DNA of 32,000 bases from Geotalea uraniireducens Rf4. GTDB lineage: Bacteria > Desulfobacterota > Desulfuromonadia > Geobacterales > Geobacteraceae. Below the pieces are notes generated by a model. It saw only the letters and a program-made list of their open reading frames with translations, did not search any database and had not been told where the DNA came from. The stretch covers positions 4,440,001 to 4,472,000 of the forward strand of contig NC_009483.1 in NCBI RefSeq assembly GCF_000016745.1, written 5' to 3'. A program made the position numbers and the translations under genes. This document shows positions 17,370-24,540 of the stretch, in pieces (within the stretch, counting starts at the first letter, position 1; each line of letters begins with the position of its first letter).

Positions 17370-19482
17370 ATCCTGTCTCAAGGAGTAATTCACCATATTT
17401 AAGCTTAAAATATTCTTTAACTTTTGGAGTAAAGTAGTTTTGCCAATCACCTGCAACTCCCTTCCTTTCATGGGCGGTTATATCTTCAACTCCGATTTTT
17501 CTACCACCTGTTAATTTTTCGAATCTATTTTTAATAATAACCTGCTCCAACAATTCAGGTTTCACTGAAAGTAGACATTTTTCAATCAAAACTTTTTGAA
17601 GTATTGCCACATCATCCTTCAGCAGGTCTTCATATCTAATAAGATCCTCTCCTGCATCAAGCCAGGATTTCTGAATATTTGCACTTAAATAAAGCCATTC
17701 ATCAATCAGATAAATCAACCCCTCTTCCAAACTCATAGAAACTAGGTTATCCCTGTAATTTGCAATGGTTGATGATAACACACCATGGCTAACCTTAAGA
17801 CTGAAATAACCAGAGATCAAGGTGTCTCGGAGATCACGTATAATGACAAAACGACGCCACAAAACAGGAAGCTTAACGCTCTCAAACTGCTCCTTTGTTA
17901 CGTAAACAGTTGGGTAAACCATACCCTCTCCAATTGGCTCGTTCAAGAAATGAGCTATCCCAAGCTTTGAATCAACGTACAAATCGGGAACCGCTTCCTT
18001 GAGAATCTTCTTAATCCATTGTGACCCAGCTTTCCAATGTGTTACATGGAGTATCGTCGGCATTTGAGTCCTCGTTTCTTCCGGTAGTCGCACATAGTTG
18101 CCTTTACGGTGAACCGTTGTGCCTGCATTTCCAGGCATATTACATATACCCGCGTGCAAACTAGCACTGTGCCCATCTTGCAGAGGCTTTTGAACCACTG
18201 TAAAACCGCCTACTGCCGATAGATGACATAGGCGCAATGTTTTTGCTTGAGTATTCGAAGGATGAGAATAAAGCCTATCGTCATAATCTTTCTTGCTTAA
18301 TGCTGACAAGCCCATGTCAATGGTGTACTCCCCTGGAGCAATGTCCAACACCACATCAAATCTGATGCGCACCCATTCCCCTTGAGGGACATATTCTGGT
18401 AGTACCAAGTTGTCATAGTGCAATAGATTCTTTCCGTGCACCACGACATTCCTTTCATTCTTTATGATAAAACCACCGATTGGGATCTCAATCGCCTCGT
18501 TCAACATAAATTCGCAAAAAATGCTTAAAGTACTTCCCTGGTAGAACAACTTTGTAGCTACACCGTTTTCGTTACACAGAGCGACTCCTGAGCAACAGGC
18601 AATACCATTTGATACTACATCAACCTTGGTAATATCAGAAAATTGGCTCACGTGGGGCCAGTAAAAAGTCACATCGTTGGTATCACCCTCTCCATCGGGG
18701 TGTATAAATGTTTGGGAAACATTATCCACATAATTTGCTAACCGCTCATGCTGTTGAACAAGGAGATAGCGCTTAACGGCTTCTGGTGATTTACCGAAAT
18801 ACTCCACTCTATTATCGTTGAGCAATAATGCCCGTTGACAGAACTGGACTACGTCCCCCATACCATGTGTAACAAAAAGAATAGAGACACCCTTATCTCT
18901 TAAATCTTCCAGTTTTCTATAGCATTTTTGCTGGAAAAATACGTCCCCAACCGATAAAGCTTCATCAACAATCAAAATTTGGGGTTCAACAATTGTTGCA
19001 ACTGAAAATGCAAGCCTGACAAACATTCCGCTTGAATAACTCTTTACCGGTTGGTTAACAAATGTACCAATATCAGCAAAAGAGAGAATATCATCCAGCC
19101 TTGCATCCATCTCCTCCCTGGTGTAACCCATCAAGGTACCGTTGAAATAGATGTTCTCAATACCGGTCAACTCGGGATTAAACCCCGCGCCAAGCTCCAG
19201 CAATGCAGAAATCTTGCCATTGACCGTCACATTGCCGCTCGTCGGGGTCAAAACGCCGGTGATGATCTTCAACAGCGTAGATTTGCCGGAACCGTTCTTG
19301 CCGATGATCCCGACAGTCTCGCCCTTCTTTATCTCAAAACTCACGTCATTGAGCGCATAAAAGTCTTTGTGATACTTTTTGCCGAAGGGGTTAACAGACT
19401 CTTTCAGACGATCAAGGGGGGTGTCGTAGAGTTTGTAGATCTTTGTGAGGTTTTGGACGGATATTGCGATGTCGTTGCTCAT
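17347..19482 (-). CDS. wzt: O-antigen/polysaccharide ABC transporter ATP-binding protein Wzt with a carbohydrate-binding module and a fused C-terminal sulfotransferase-like domain
   Basis: NBD: Walker A GKNGSGKST, signature YSSGM, Walker B ILIVDE (about 18748-19482). A beta-rich Wzt_C-like segment lies at about 18240-18660. The C-terminal roughly 230 aa (about 17350-18045) contain HVTHWKAGSQWIKKIL, IIRDLRDTLISGYFS and RKGVAGDWQNYFT, which parallel the downstream sulfotransferase. Confidence 0.9.
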   Translation of the reverse strand: MSNDIAISVQNLTKIYKLYDTPLDRLKESVNPFGKKYHKDFYALNDVSFEIKKGETVGIIGKNGSGKSTLLKIITGVLTPTSGNVTVNGKISALLELGAGFNPELTGIENIYFNGTLMGYTREEMDARLDDILSFADIGTFVNQPVKSYSSGMFVRLAFSVATIVEPQILIVDEALSVGDVFFQQKCYRKLEDLRDKGVSILFVTHGMGDVVQFCQRALLLNDNRVEYFGKSPEAVKRYLLVQQHERLANYVDNVSQTFIHPDGEGDTNDVTFYWPHVSQFSDITKVDVVSNGIACCSGVALCNENGVATKLFYQGSTLSIFCEFMLNEAIEIPIGGFIIKNERNVVVHGKNLLHYDNLVLPEYVPQGEWVRIRFDVVLDIAPGEYTIDMGLSALSKKDYDDRLYSHPSNTQAKTLRLCHLSAVGGFTVVQKPLQDGHSASLHAGICNMPGNAGTTVHRKGNYVRLPEETRTQMPTILHVTHWKAGSQWIKKILKEAVPDLYVDSKLGIAHFLNEPIGEGMVYPTVYVTKEQFESVKLPVLWRRFVIIRDLRDTLISGYFSLKVSHGVLSSTIANYRDNLVSMSLEEGLIYLIDEWLYLSANIQKSWLDAGEDLIRYEDLLKDDVAILQKVLIEKCLLSVKPELLEQVIIKNRFEKLTGGRKIGVEDITAHERKGVAGDWQNYFTPKVKEYFKLKYGELLLETGYENKNDW

Positions 19483-19505
19483 TATTGTTTTCCGCGAAGT
19501 GGCGT

Positions 19506-19668
19506 TACGTGAGTAGTGAGTCGTGAGCAGTAAGTGGTAAAGGCAATTTCGTAAGTCGTAAATCGTAAGTGCCGTGAGTCGTTAATCGTAAGTAGTTAGG
19601 CGTCAATTCTCTTATTTCTTACTTCTCACGGTATTCTTCTCACGTCTCACGGCCGTAACAACTTACGT
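19506..19668. repeat. Heptamer-based palindromic array with no cargo gene: GTRAG-type units, then complementary CTYAC-type units
   Basis: The left arm is cgtgagt agtgagt cgtgagc agtaagt ... cgtaagt cgtaaat cgtaagt. The right arm is cttactt ctcacgg ... ctcacgt ctcacgg ... acttacg. It fills the spacer between mazF and wzt. Confidence 0.9.
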
Positions 19669-19679
19669 CGAAACAGCCC

Positions 19680-20009
19680 TTACAATTCCAGCCACGCCTT
19701 TAGTGAGGCATTGAGTCTCTGCAAGTCTTTTTTTGAAATGCTACCGACCTTCCGCCTTATCAATGCAATATCAACGAGAACACATCCTCGCTTTATCGCT
19801 GATTCTACATTCAACCCGGCCGCCTTCGAATCTTCGAGTACGAATTCTCCATTACAAAGATTACCGGTCTTGCTGGTGATCGGGACAAGGAATAGATCCG
19901 CATATTTCCCCTGGCCTGAGGCGACGATAACCGCCGGCCTGACCTTGGTAGTCTTCAAATCGGTAAAAGGATAGGGGAGTAGAATTATATCTCCTTTAGA
20001 GAAGTTCAT
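19680..20009 (-). CDS. mazF: Type II toxin, MazF/PemK family (mRNA interferase)
   Basis: MNFSKGDIILLPYPFTDLKTTKVRPAVIVAS is the typical PemK N-terminal pattern. It overlaps the upstream antitoxin gene by 14 nt. Confidence 0.8.
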   Translation of the reverse strand: MNFSKGDIILLPYPFTDLKTTKVRPAVIVASGQGKYADLFLVPITSKTGNLCNGEFVLEDSKAAGLNVESAIKRGCVLVDIALIRRKVGSISKKDLQRLNASLKAWLEL

Positions 20010-20244
20010 TGTAGATATCATCCTCTTCGTTATCCCAAACTTTTTTCAGAGATCTTTCGCTCAAGAGTTGCCAGTACTGTTTATCGGAAGCGGTGGAAGC
20101 ACCCCTTTCCTTCTGGTACTTCTGAGCAAGAAACTCGATAAAGTCCAGCGCTTCCCTGCGGGCAGCCGGAGGAAGAGAACTAATCTGCCTGTCAATACTG
20201 CCCACTGCCGATATTGGTTTTTTGATGCTTGTCGTTCCAGGCAT
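19996..20244 (-). CDS. Cognate antitoxin (small acidic C-terminus, DUF2281-like)
   Basis: MPGTTSIKKP...REALDFIEFLAQKYQ...WDNEEDDIYNELL. The RBS GAGGAG lies 7 nt upstream of the ATG at 20244. Its position directly 5' of mazF supports the call. Confidence 0.65.
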   Translation of the reverse strand: MPGTTSIKKPISAVGSIDRQISSLPPAARREALDFIEFLAQKYQKERGASTASDKQYWQLLSERSLKKVWDNEEDDIYNELL

Positions 20245-20267
20245 CGCGAATCTCCTCATTTCAAAAA

Positions 20268-20422
20268 CAGTGAGTCGTTAGTAATAAGTCGTAAGGGCTC
20301 ATTATTCACTTCTCACAGTTTACGGAATTTCTTCTCACTTCTCACTTCTCACTTCTCACTTCTCACTTCTCACTTCTCACTTCTCACTTCTCACTTCTCA
20401 CTTCTCACTTCTCACTTCTCAC
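20268..20422. repeat. Heptamer array: short GTRAG-type arm, then 13 perfect copies of CTTCTCA (20331-20421)
   Basis: I counted the units directly. The stop codon of the adjacent four-helix-bundle gene is supplied by the array (gtg aga agt gag aag TGA on the minus strand). Confidence 0.95.
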
Positions 20423-20761
20423 GGCTTTTACCGATTTGATCAATCCCAGCAGCATTTTCTTAACATCATACAATTTTTCAAGCTGGATTGTCTCTATAAA
20501 TTTCAGTCTTTGAACAAGAAGAAGTTGGGTCTCAAGTTCAGCAATAGACCCGAGGGCAATATAGAGAAACTGAATGAACTCCTTACCATAATTACGCCCC
20601 GCACCTTCAGCAATATTGGAAGGGATTGAAACGGCGGACCTTCGAATCTGACTCGTCAAGCCATAGAGCTCAGACTGGGGGAGTCGGTAAGTTATTTCAT
20701 AGACATCTACAACAAGGTCCATGGCTTTCTGCCAAACATGGAGATCCTTATGAGTCTTCAT
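20405..20761 (-). CDS. Four-helix-bundle protein (23S rRNA intervening-sequence protein / Avd-like family), copy 1
   Basis: [82 protein letters not shown] is the family signature. The start was chosen by analogy with copy 2 ([11 protein letters not shown]). Upstream ATGs at 20776 and 20803 are also possible. Confidence 0.85.
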   Translation of the reverse strand: MKTHKDLHVWQKAMDLVVDVYEITYRLPQSELYGLTSQIRRSAVSIPSNIAEGAGRNYGKEFIQFLYIALGSIAELETQLLLVQRLKFIETIQLEKLYDVKKMLLGLIKSVKAVRSEK

Positions 20762-20791
20762 CCCTTCATTGTTCATGTGGTTAGTTTTCTC

Positions 20792-20845
20792 CTCACAACT
20801 CACAACTCACAACTCACAACTCACAACTCACAACTCACAACTCAC
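20792..20845. repeat. Heptamer array: 7 perfect copies of CTCACAA plus one degenerate unit
   Basis: I counted units starting every 7 nt from 20792 to 20840. It lies immediately 5' (in gene orientation) of four-helix-bundle copy 1. Confidence 0.95.
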
Positions 20846-20898
20846 GATTCAAAGCCTATACAACTTACGACTCACTTCTAACGATTCACGGCCCTTAC
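20846..20898. repeat. 53-bp dispersed repeat, copy 1 (partner at 24334-24386)
   Basis: gattcaaagcctatacaacttacgactcacttctaacgattcacggcccttac versus gattcaaagccgttacaactcacaactcacttctaacgattcacagcctttac gives 47/53 identical by hand alignment, in the same orientation. Copy 1 overlaps the wzm stop codon. Confidence 0.85.
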
Positions 20899-21707
20899 AG
20901 CACGTCAGCAAAATGCGGCCTGAGCCTCCGGAAAACCACTGCCCCCAAAATGAAGATGCAGCCGGTTACAATCCAGTAGTAAAGGGTAAGCATGTAGTGC
21001 TGCTCCCAGAACCAGACCTTATAGATGAAACTTTCCCGGTAGCCCTCCACCAGGTAATAGACCGGGTTGAGCTTGATCAGGTTCGCGTATTTGGCCGGGA
21101 GGATCTTGGCGGACCAGAAGATGGGGGTGAGCCAGAAGGCGAACTGGAGGACCATGGCCACCAGCTGCCCCACATCGCGGAGGAAGACCACCAGTGACGA
21201 GGTGAGCCAGGAGAGCCCCAGCAGCAACACTATTGCAGCGAAGAGGTAGTAGAACACTTGGAGGTAGTGAAGGTCCGGCGGATAGCCGTAGAGGATAGAC
21301 ATGATGAAGATGATGGCGATGAAGAAGCTGTGGATAATGAGGGCCGAGAGGATCTTGACGATGGGGAGCATGCCGATGCTGAAGACCACCTTCTTCAGGA
21401 GGAAGCTGTTGTCGATGATGGACATGGTTGCGCTCTGCAGACACTCGCTGAAGAAGAACCAGGGGATGATGCCGGTCATCATCCAGAGGACGAAAGGGTA
21501 GTCTGCCTGGGGCTGGGACTTGAAGCCGACCTGGAAGACGAACCAGAGGATGACGATGTAGATGGTCGGGTGAACGAAGGCCCACAGTATCCCCAGGTAG
21601 GAGCCGAGGTACTTGGTCTTGAAGTCACGCTTGGCCAGCTCCAGGATCATGTGCCGACGGGACCAGAGCTCCGTGAGAAAATTGGAAAACATCTTCAATG
21701 CTTGCAT
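20895..21707 (-). CDS. wzm: O-antigen/polysaccharide ABC transporter permease (ABC-2 type)
   Basis: 270 aa with about 6 hydrophobic segments. The start RRHMILELAKRDFKTKYLGSYLGILWAFVHP is the conserved ABC-2/Wzm N-terminal motif. Confidence 0.9.
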   Translation of the reverse strand: MQALKMFSNFLTELWSRRHMILELAKRDFKTKYLGSYLGILWAFVHPTIYIVILWFVFQVGFKSQPQADYPFVLWMMTGIIPWFFFSECLQSATMSIIDNSFLLKKVVFSIGMLPIVKILSALIIHSFFIAIIFIMSILYGYPPDLHYLQVFYYLFAAIVLLLGLSWLTSSLVVFLRDVGQLVAMVLQFAFWLTPIFWSAKILPAKYANLIKLNPVYYLVEGYRESFIYKVWFWEQHYMLTLYYWIVTGCIFILGAVVFRRLRPHFADVL

Positions 21708-21759
21708 ATCATCTCCAAACTACAAATAACCTAACAACCTTAATCTCAAACCTTTTTAT

Positions 21760-21861
21760 GGGACGCAGATTTACAGGATGAACGCAGATTTAAAGCAACT
21801 CCGGGAGCAAAATCCTTTTTTGTTTTAAAATCATAGCCTTTTCTGCCTTGATCTGCGTCCC
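21760..21861. repeat. 11-bp perfect inverted repeat (gggacgcagat / atctgcgtccc) separated by 80 nt, in the wzm upstream spacer
   Basis: Read directly from the sequence. The left half belongs to a short motif (ttatgggacRCWGATYT) that recurs at 22531-22547. Confidence 0.7.
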
Positions 21862-21941
21862 ATCGAGGTTCTGACCCTGATGGCTTGTCGGATTTCATTC
21901 GTGTCCATTAGTGTCATTCGTGGCTAAATTCCAAGATTTGT

Positions 21942-22226
21942 TCATGCGGCCATCAGCCTTTCGACCTTCAGGTCTTTCCGTTTCTGCTCGGCCAGCGAAA
22001 GGTCGTACTGAACCTGCTGGGTCAACCAGCTTTCAGGTGTTGTATCGAATGCGATGGACAAGCGAATCGCCATCTCCGGGCTTATCCCGGCATGACCGTT
22101 CAATAGCTCGGAAAGGGCCTTGCGGGAAACTCCAAGGGCCTTTGCCGCCTGGGTGACGGAAATGCCGAGGGGCTTGATGCAAAGTTCCCGGATCACCTCT
22201 CCGGGATGGGGTGGGTTGTGCATCAT
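21942..22226 (-). CDS. higA: HigA-family antitoxin (XRE-type HTH)
   Basis: [54 protein letters not shown] is the canonical HigA pattern. Confidence 0.85.
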   Translation of the reverse strand: MMHNPPHPGEVIRELCIKPLGISVTQAAKALGVSRKALSELLNGHAGISPEMAIRLSIAFDTTPESWLTQQVQYDLSLAEQKRKDLKVERLMAA

Positions 22227-22238
22227 GGTATTTCTCCT

Positions 22239-22382
22239 TTAATGGTAATCCAGGTAGTCGACATCCAAAACGTCCTTCCCTTCAATCCTGAAAACGACTC
22301 GCCAGTTGCCACTGACATCCACAGACCAAAACCCGTCAAAATCTCCGCTCAGGCCATGCAACCTGAGGCCGGGAAGATTCAT
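22239..22382 (-). pseudogene. higB: N-terminally truncated HigB-like toxin (47 codons remain)
   Basis: The minus strand reads MNLPGLRLHGLSGDFDGFWSVDVSGNWRVVFRIEGKDVLDVDYLDYH*, which matches the C-terminal half of HigB killer proteins (...LPGxRLHxLKGDxxGxWSxxVxGNWRxxFxF...DYH). No matching N-terminal half appears in any frame upstream. The fragment is below the ORF-track size cutoff. Confidence 0.6.
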
Positions 22383-22630
22383 GTCTCTCGGTTAAATCGT
22401 AACCCGACACGTTACACATTGCAATGGTTATTTTCCTTCACTCTTCGCAGGTTTTACCGATCCTCGTATTGCCTTCAGTTCATGACTTTCAGTGTTAATC
22501 CGTGGCCAAATGAATAGCTTTCAATCTTTTTTTATGGGACACTGATCTTCATGATCCCCCTGTGTCAGGATAGTTGTCGCCTCTCTTCCGAACTTTTGTG
22601 TTAACCTGCGGGGCAACAGAGAGAGGGACC

Positions 22631-23155
22631 ATGGCCACCAAATATTCCGAAGAATTCAAGTCGAGCATTATTGCCAGGCTTCTGCCTCCGCATAATGTCA
22701 GCGTTCCTGACATGGTAAAAGAGACCGGGGTTCCTAAAGACACCCTGTACACTTGGAGGAATCAATACCGCAACAGGCAGGTTAATGCCGAGGCGAGCGG
22801 AAATCATCCGGCAGCCAGCCTAAACAACGAAGAGAAGTTGGCCATCGTCATCGAATCCGCCAGTCTCACTGAAGTTGAACTGGGTGAATATTGCCGACGC
22901 AAGGGACTCTACCCTGAGCAGATCGCCGGTTGGAAGAACGGCTTCGTACTCGGATCATCTGCCCCCCTCAACAAGGCCGAACGCGAGCAAATGAGGGAAC
23001 AGACAGCGACCATTAAGCAGCTTGAGAAAGAGCTGAACCGCAAGGATAAAGCATTGGCCGAGACTGCAGCCCTGCTGATTCTTCAAAAAAAGTTCCAGGC
23101 GCTCTGGGAGGAGCCCGAGGCAGAAAAATCGACCTCCCGGCGCGCCAAGAACTGA
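22631..23155 (+). CDS. IS3 transposase OrfA (HTH plus leucine-zipper part)
   Basis: MATKYSEEFKSSIIARLLPPHNVSVPDMVKETGVPKDTLYTWRNQY. The RBS gagagaggga lies before the ATG at 22631. The track start at 22574 is probably too early. Confidence 0.85.
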   Translation: MATKYSEEFKSSIIARLLPPHNVSVPDMVKETGVPKDTLYTWRNQYRNRQVNAEASGNHPAASLNNEEKLAIVIESASLTEVELGEYCRRKGLYPEQIAGWKNGFVLGSSAPLNKAEREQMREQTATIKQLEKELNRKDKALAETAALLILQKKFQALWEEPEAEKSTSRRAKN

Positions 23156-24192
23156 TTGCCCTGATAGACGAAGCCTGTGCCGGTGGTGCACGTCTGGGTA
23201 GGGCCTGCGAGGCTGTTCTTCTTTCGCCCCGCACCGTGCAACGTTGGCATCTTCCTGACGAAATACCCTCAGATGGGCGCAAGGCCGCGTCTCGCGATCG
23301 GGCACCGGCCAATAAGCTTTCTGAAACGGAGCGGGTCACAATCCTGGCGACTGCCAACCAGGAGAAATTCGCCAGCCTGCCGCCCAGCCAGATAGTTCCT
23401 AAATTGGCCGACGACGGGATCTTCCTCGCTTCTGAGTCAACCTTCTACCGAACCTTACGGGCAGAGAAGCAGCTGGCACACCGGGGCCGTACCAAGGCTG
23501 CAAGACACAAGCGCCCAGATGCCGTGCTGGCCACCGAGCCGAACCAACTCTGGAGCTGGGATATTACATACTTGAGCACTACCGTTAAGGGGCTGTACTT
23601 TTACCTCTACCTGATCATGGATGTCTTTAGCCGCAAGATCGTCGGTTGGGAAGTCTATGCGGAGGAATCCGCCGATCATGCCGCCATAACGTTGCGCAAG
23701 GCCTATCTGCGTGAAGGCGTCGCCGGTCGCACCCTGATACTTCACTCCGACAACGGCTCGCCCATGAAAGGCGCTACCATGTTGGGAACTATGCAGAAGC
23801 TTGGGGTAATGCCGTCCTTCAGTCGGCCCTCTGTCAGCAATGACAACCCATACTCAGAGTCACTGTTCAAAACCTTGAAGTATCACCCCGGCCTACCGGA
23901 GAAACCTTTCGATACGTTGGACGAGGCACGGCACTGGGTTGCCGGTTTCCAGCATTGGTACAACGAGGAACATCAGCACAGTGCCATAAAATTCGTAACG
24001 CCGGGTCAGCGCCACCGGGGCGATGACAAAGAGATACTCAACAAACGAGCGCTACTTTACGCGATGGCGAGGGCCGCAATGCCGGAACGATGGTCGGGTG
24101 CTTGCCGGAACTGGACTCGACCAGCAGAAGTTTCCTTGAACCCCCAAAAATCGGCTCAGAACGGTACGCCGTCTCAAGCCAGAGCAGCATAG
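22631..24192 (+). CDS. IS3 transposase OrfAB fusion, made by a programmed -1 frameshift
   Basis: After a -1 slip at A AAA AAG the reading continues ...QKKVPGALGGARGRKIDLPARQELIALIDEACAGGARLGRACEAVLLSPRTVQRWH... into the track ORF 23236-24192. The DDE residues are in WSWDITYL, LHSDNGSPM and NDNPYSESLFKTLK. Confidence 0.8.
23085..23092 (+). other. A7G slippery heptamer for -1 ribosomal frameshifting in the IS3 transposase
   Basis: The sequence is cttcAAAAAAAGttcc. The orfB frame is open upstream of this point, and the orfA stop lies 60 nt downstream. Confidence 0.75.
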
Positions 24193-24333
24193 AAGATGCG
24201 ACAACTTCCTTGACAACGACCGTGATGAACACAGATCTAAAAAAATCCTTAGATCATGGGGTTTGCCTTCACATCATGCCTTTTCAGTGTTAATCAATGT
24301 CCAAAATGCCTAAATCATGCTCCTTCCCCTTGC

Positions 24334-24386
24334 GATTCAAAGCCGTTACAACTCACAACTCACTTCTAACGATTCACAGCCTTTAC
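24334..24386. repeat. 53-bp dispersed repeat, copy 2 (partner at 20846-20898)
   Basis: See copy 1. More CTCAC-type units follow it (cactattcactgttcacaactcacgcctca). Confidence 0.85.
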
Positions 24387-24460
24387 AATCATATTCGGCC
24401 GACTGACAATTTTTATTGTTTTACCCCACTATTCACTGTTCACAACTCACGCCTCATGGC

Positions 24461-24502
24461 TTTTAATAAAAAAGAGGCGGCCACTTTCGTAACCGCCCCT
24501 CC
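24461..24502 (-). terminator. Probable Rho-independent terminator of the exported-protein gene
   Basis: The minus strand reads GGAGGGGCGG-uuacgaaagugg-CCGCCUC followed by UUUUUUAUUAAAA, 40 nt after the stop at 24541. Confidence 0.5.
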
Positions 24503-24540
24503 ACTTAACCATTCACAATAAACTATTCCAATCGGCAACT

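Larger units (their letters stand above)
22561..24218 (+). mobile_element. IS3-family insertion sequence
   Basis: Imperfect terminal inverted repeats are tgtgtcaggatagttgtcgc (22561-22580) and gcgacaacttccttgacaac (24199-24218; reverse complement gttgtcaaggaagttgtcgc). It has the orfA/orfB organisation with a slippery site. I could not identify target-site duplications. Confidence 0.8.

Noticed and set aside
20068-20439. Track ORFs that run through heptamer arrays. These include 20068-20439+, 20769-21197+, 27918-28262+, 27990-28286-, 28813-29340+, 28868-29050- and 28911-29183+. They give 7-aa periodic peptides such as [21 protein letters not shown] and PSPQSPV.
   Set aside because: A 7-nt tandem repeat is open in several frames and necessarily translates with 7-residue periodicity. 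There are no RBSs or recognisable domains, and the ORFs overlap real genes on the other strand. I treat them as repeat artefacts rather than proline-rich or collagen-like proteins.
21708-21941. A JUMPStart/ops (GGCGGTAG) antitermination element upstream of wzm.
   Set aside because: I scanned both strands of the spacer by eye and did not find the 8-mer or its complement.
22400-22515. A possible relic of a fourth four-helix-bundle gene. The minus strand reads ...ESHELKAIRGSVKPAKSEGK*, which vaguely resembles the C-termini [13 protein letters not shown] and [12 protein letters not shown].
   Set aside because: The similarity covers about 10 residues of a low-information Lys/Ser-rich tail. None of the conserved SNIAEG/ETQL core is detectable upstream, so the evidence is too weak to call.
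22558-24221. Target-site duplication for the IS3 element.
   Set aside because: The bases flanking the inferred inverted repeats (ccc on the left, cga on the right) do not match. The ends may be 1-3 nt off or the duplication may have decayed, so I make no claim.
24297-24521. A 74-aa plus-strand ORF (MSKMPKSCSFPLRFKAVTTHNSLLTIHSLY...).
   Set aside because: It is composed of the 53-bp repeat and CTCAC-type units and runs through the terminator of the neighbouring gene. It has no RBS.
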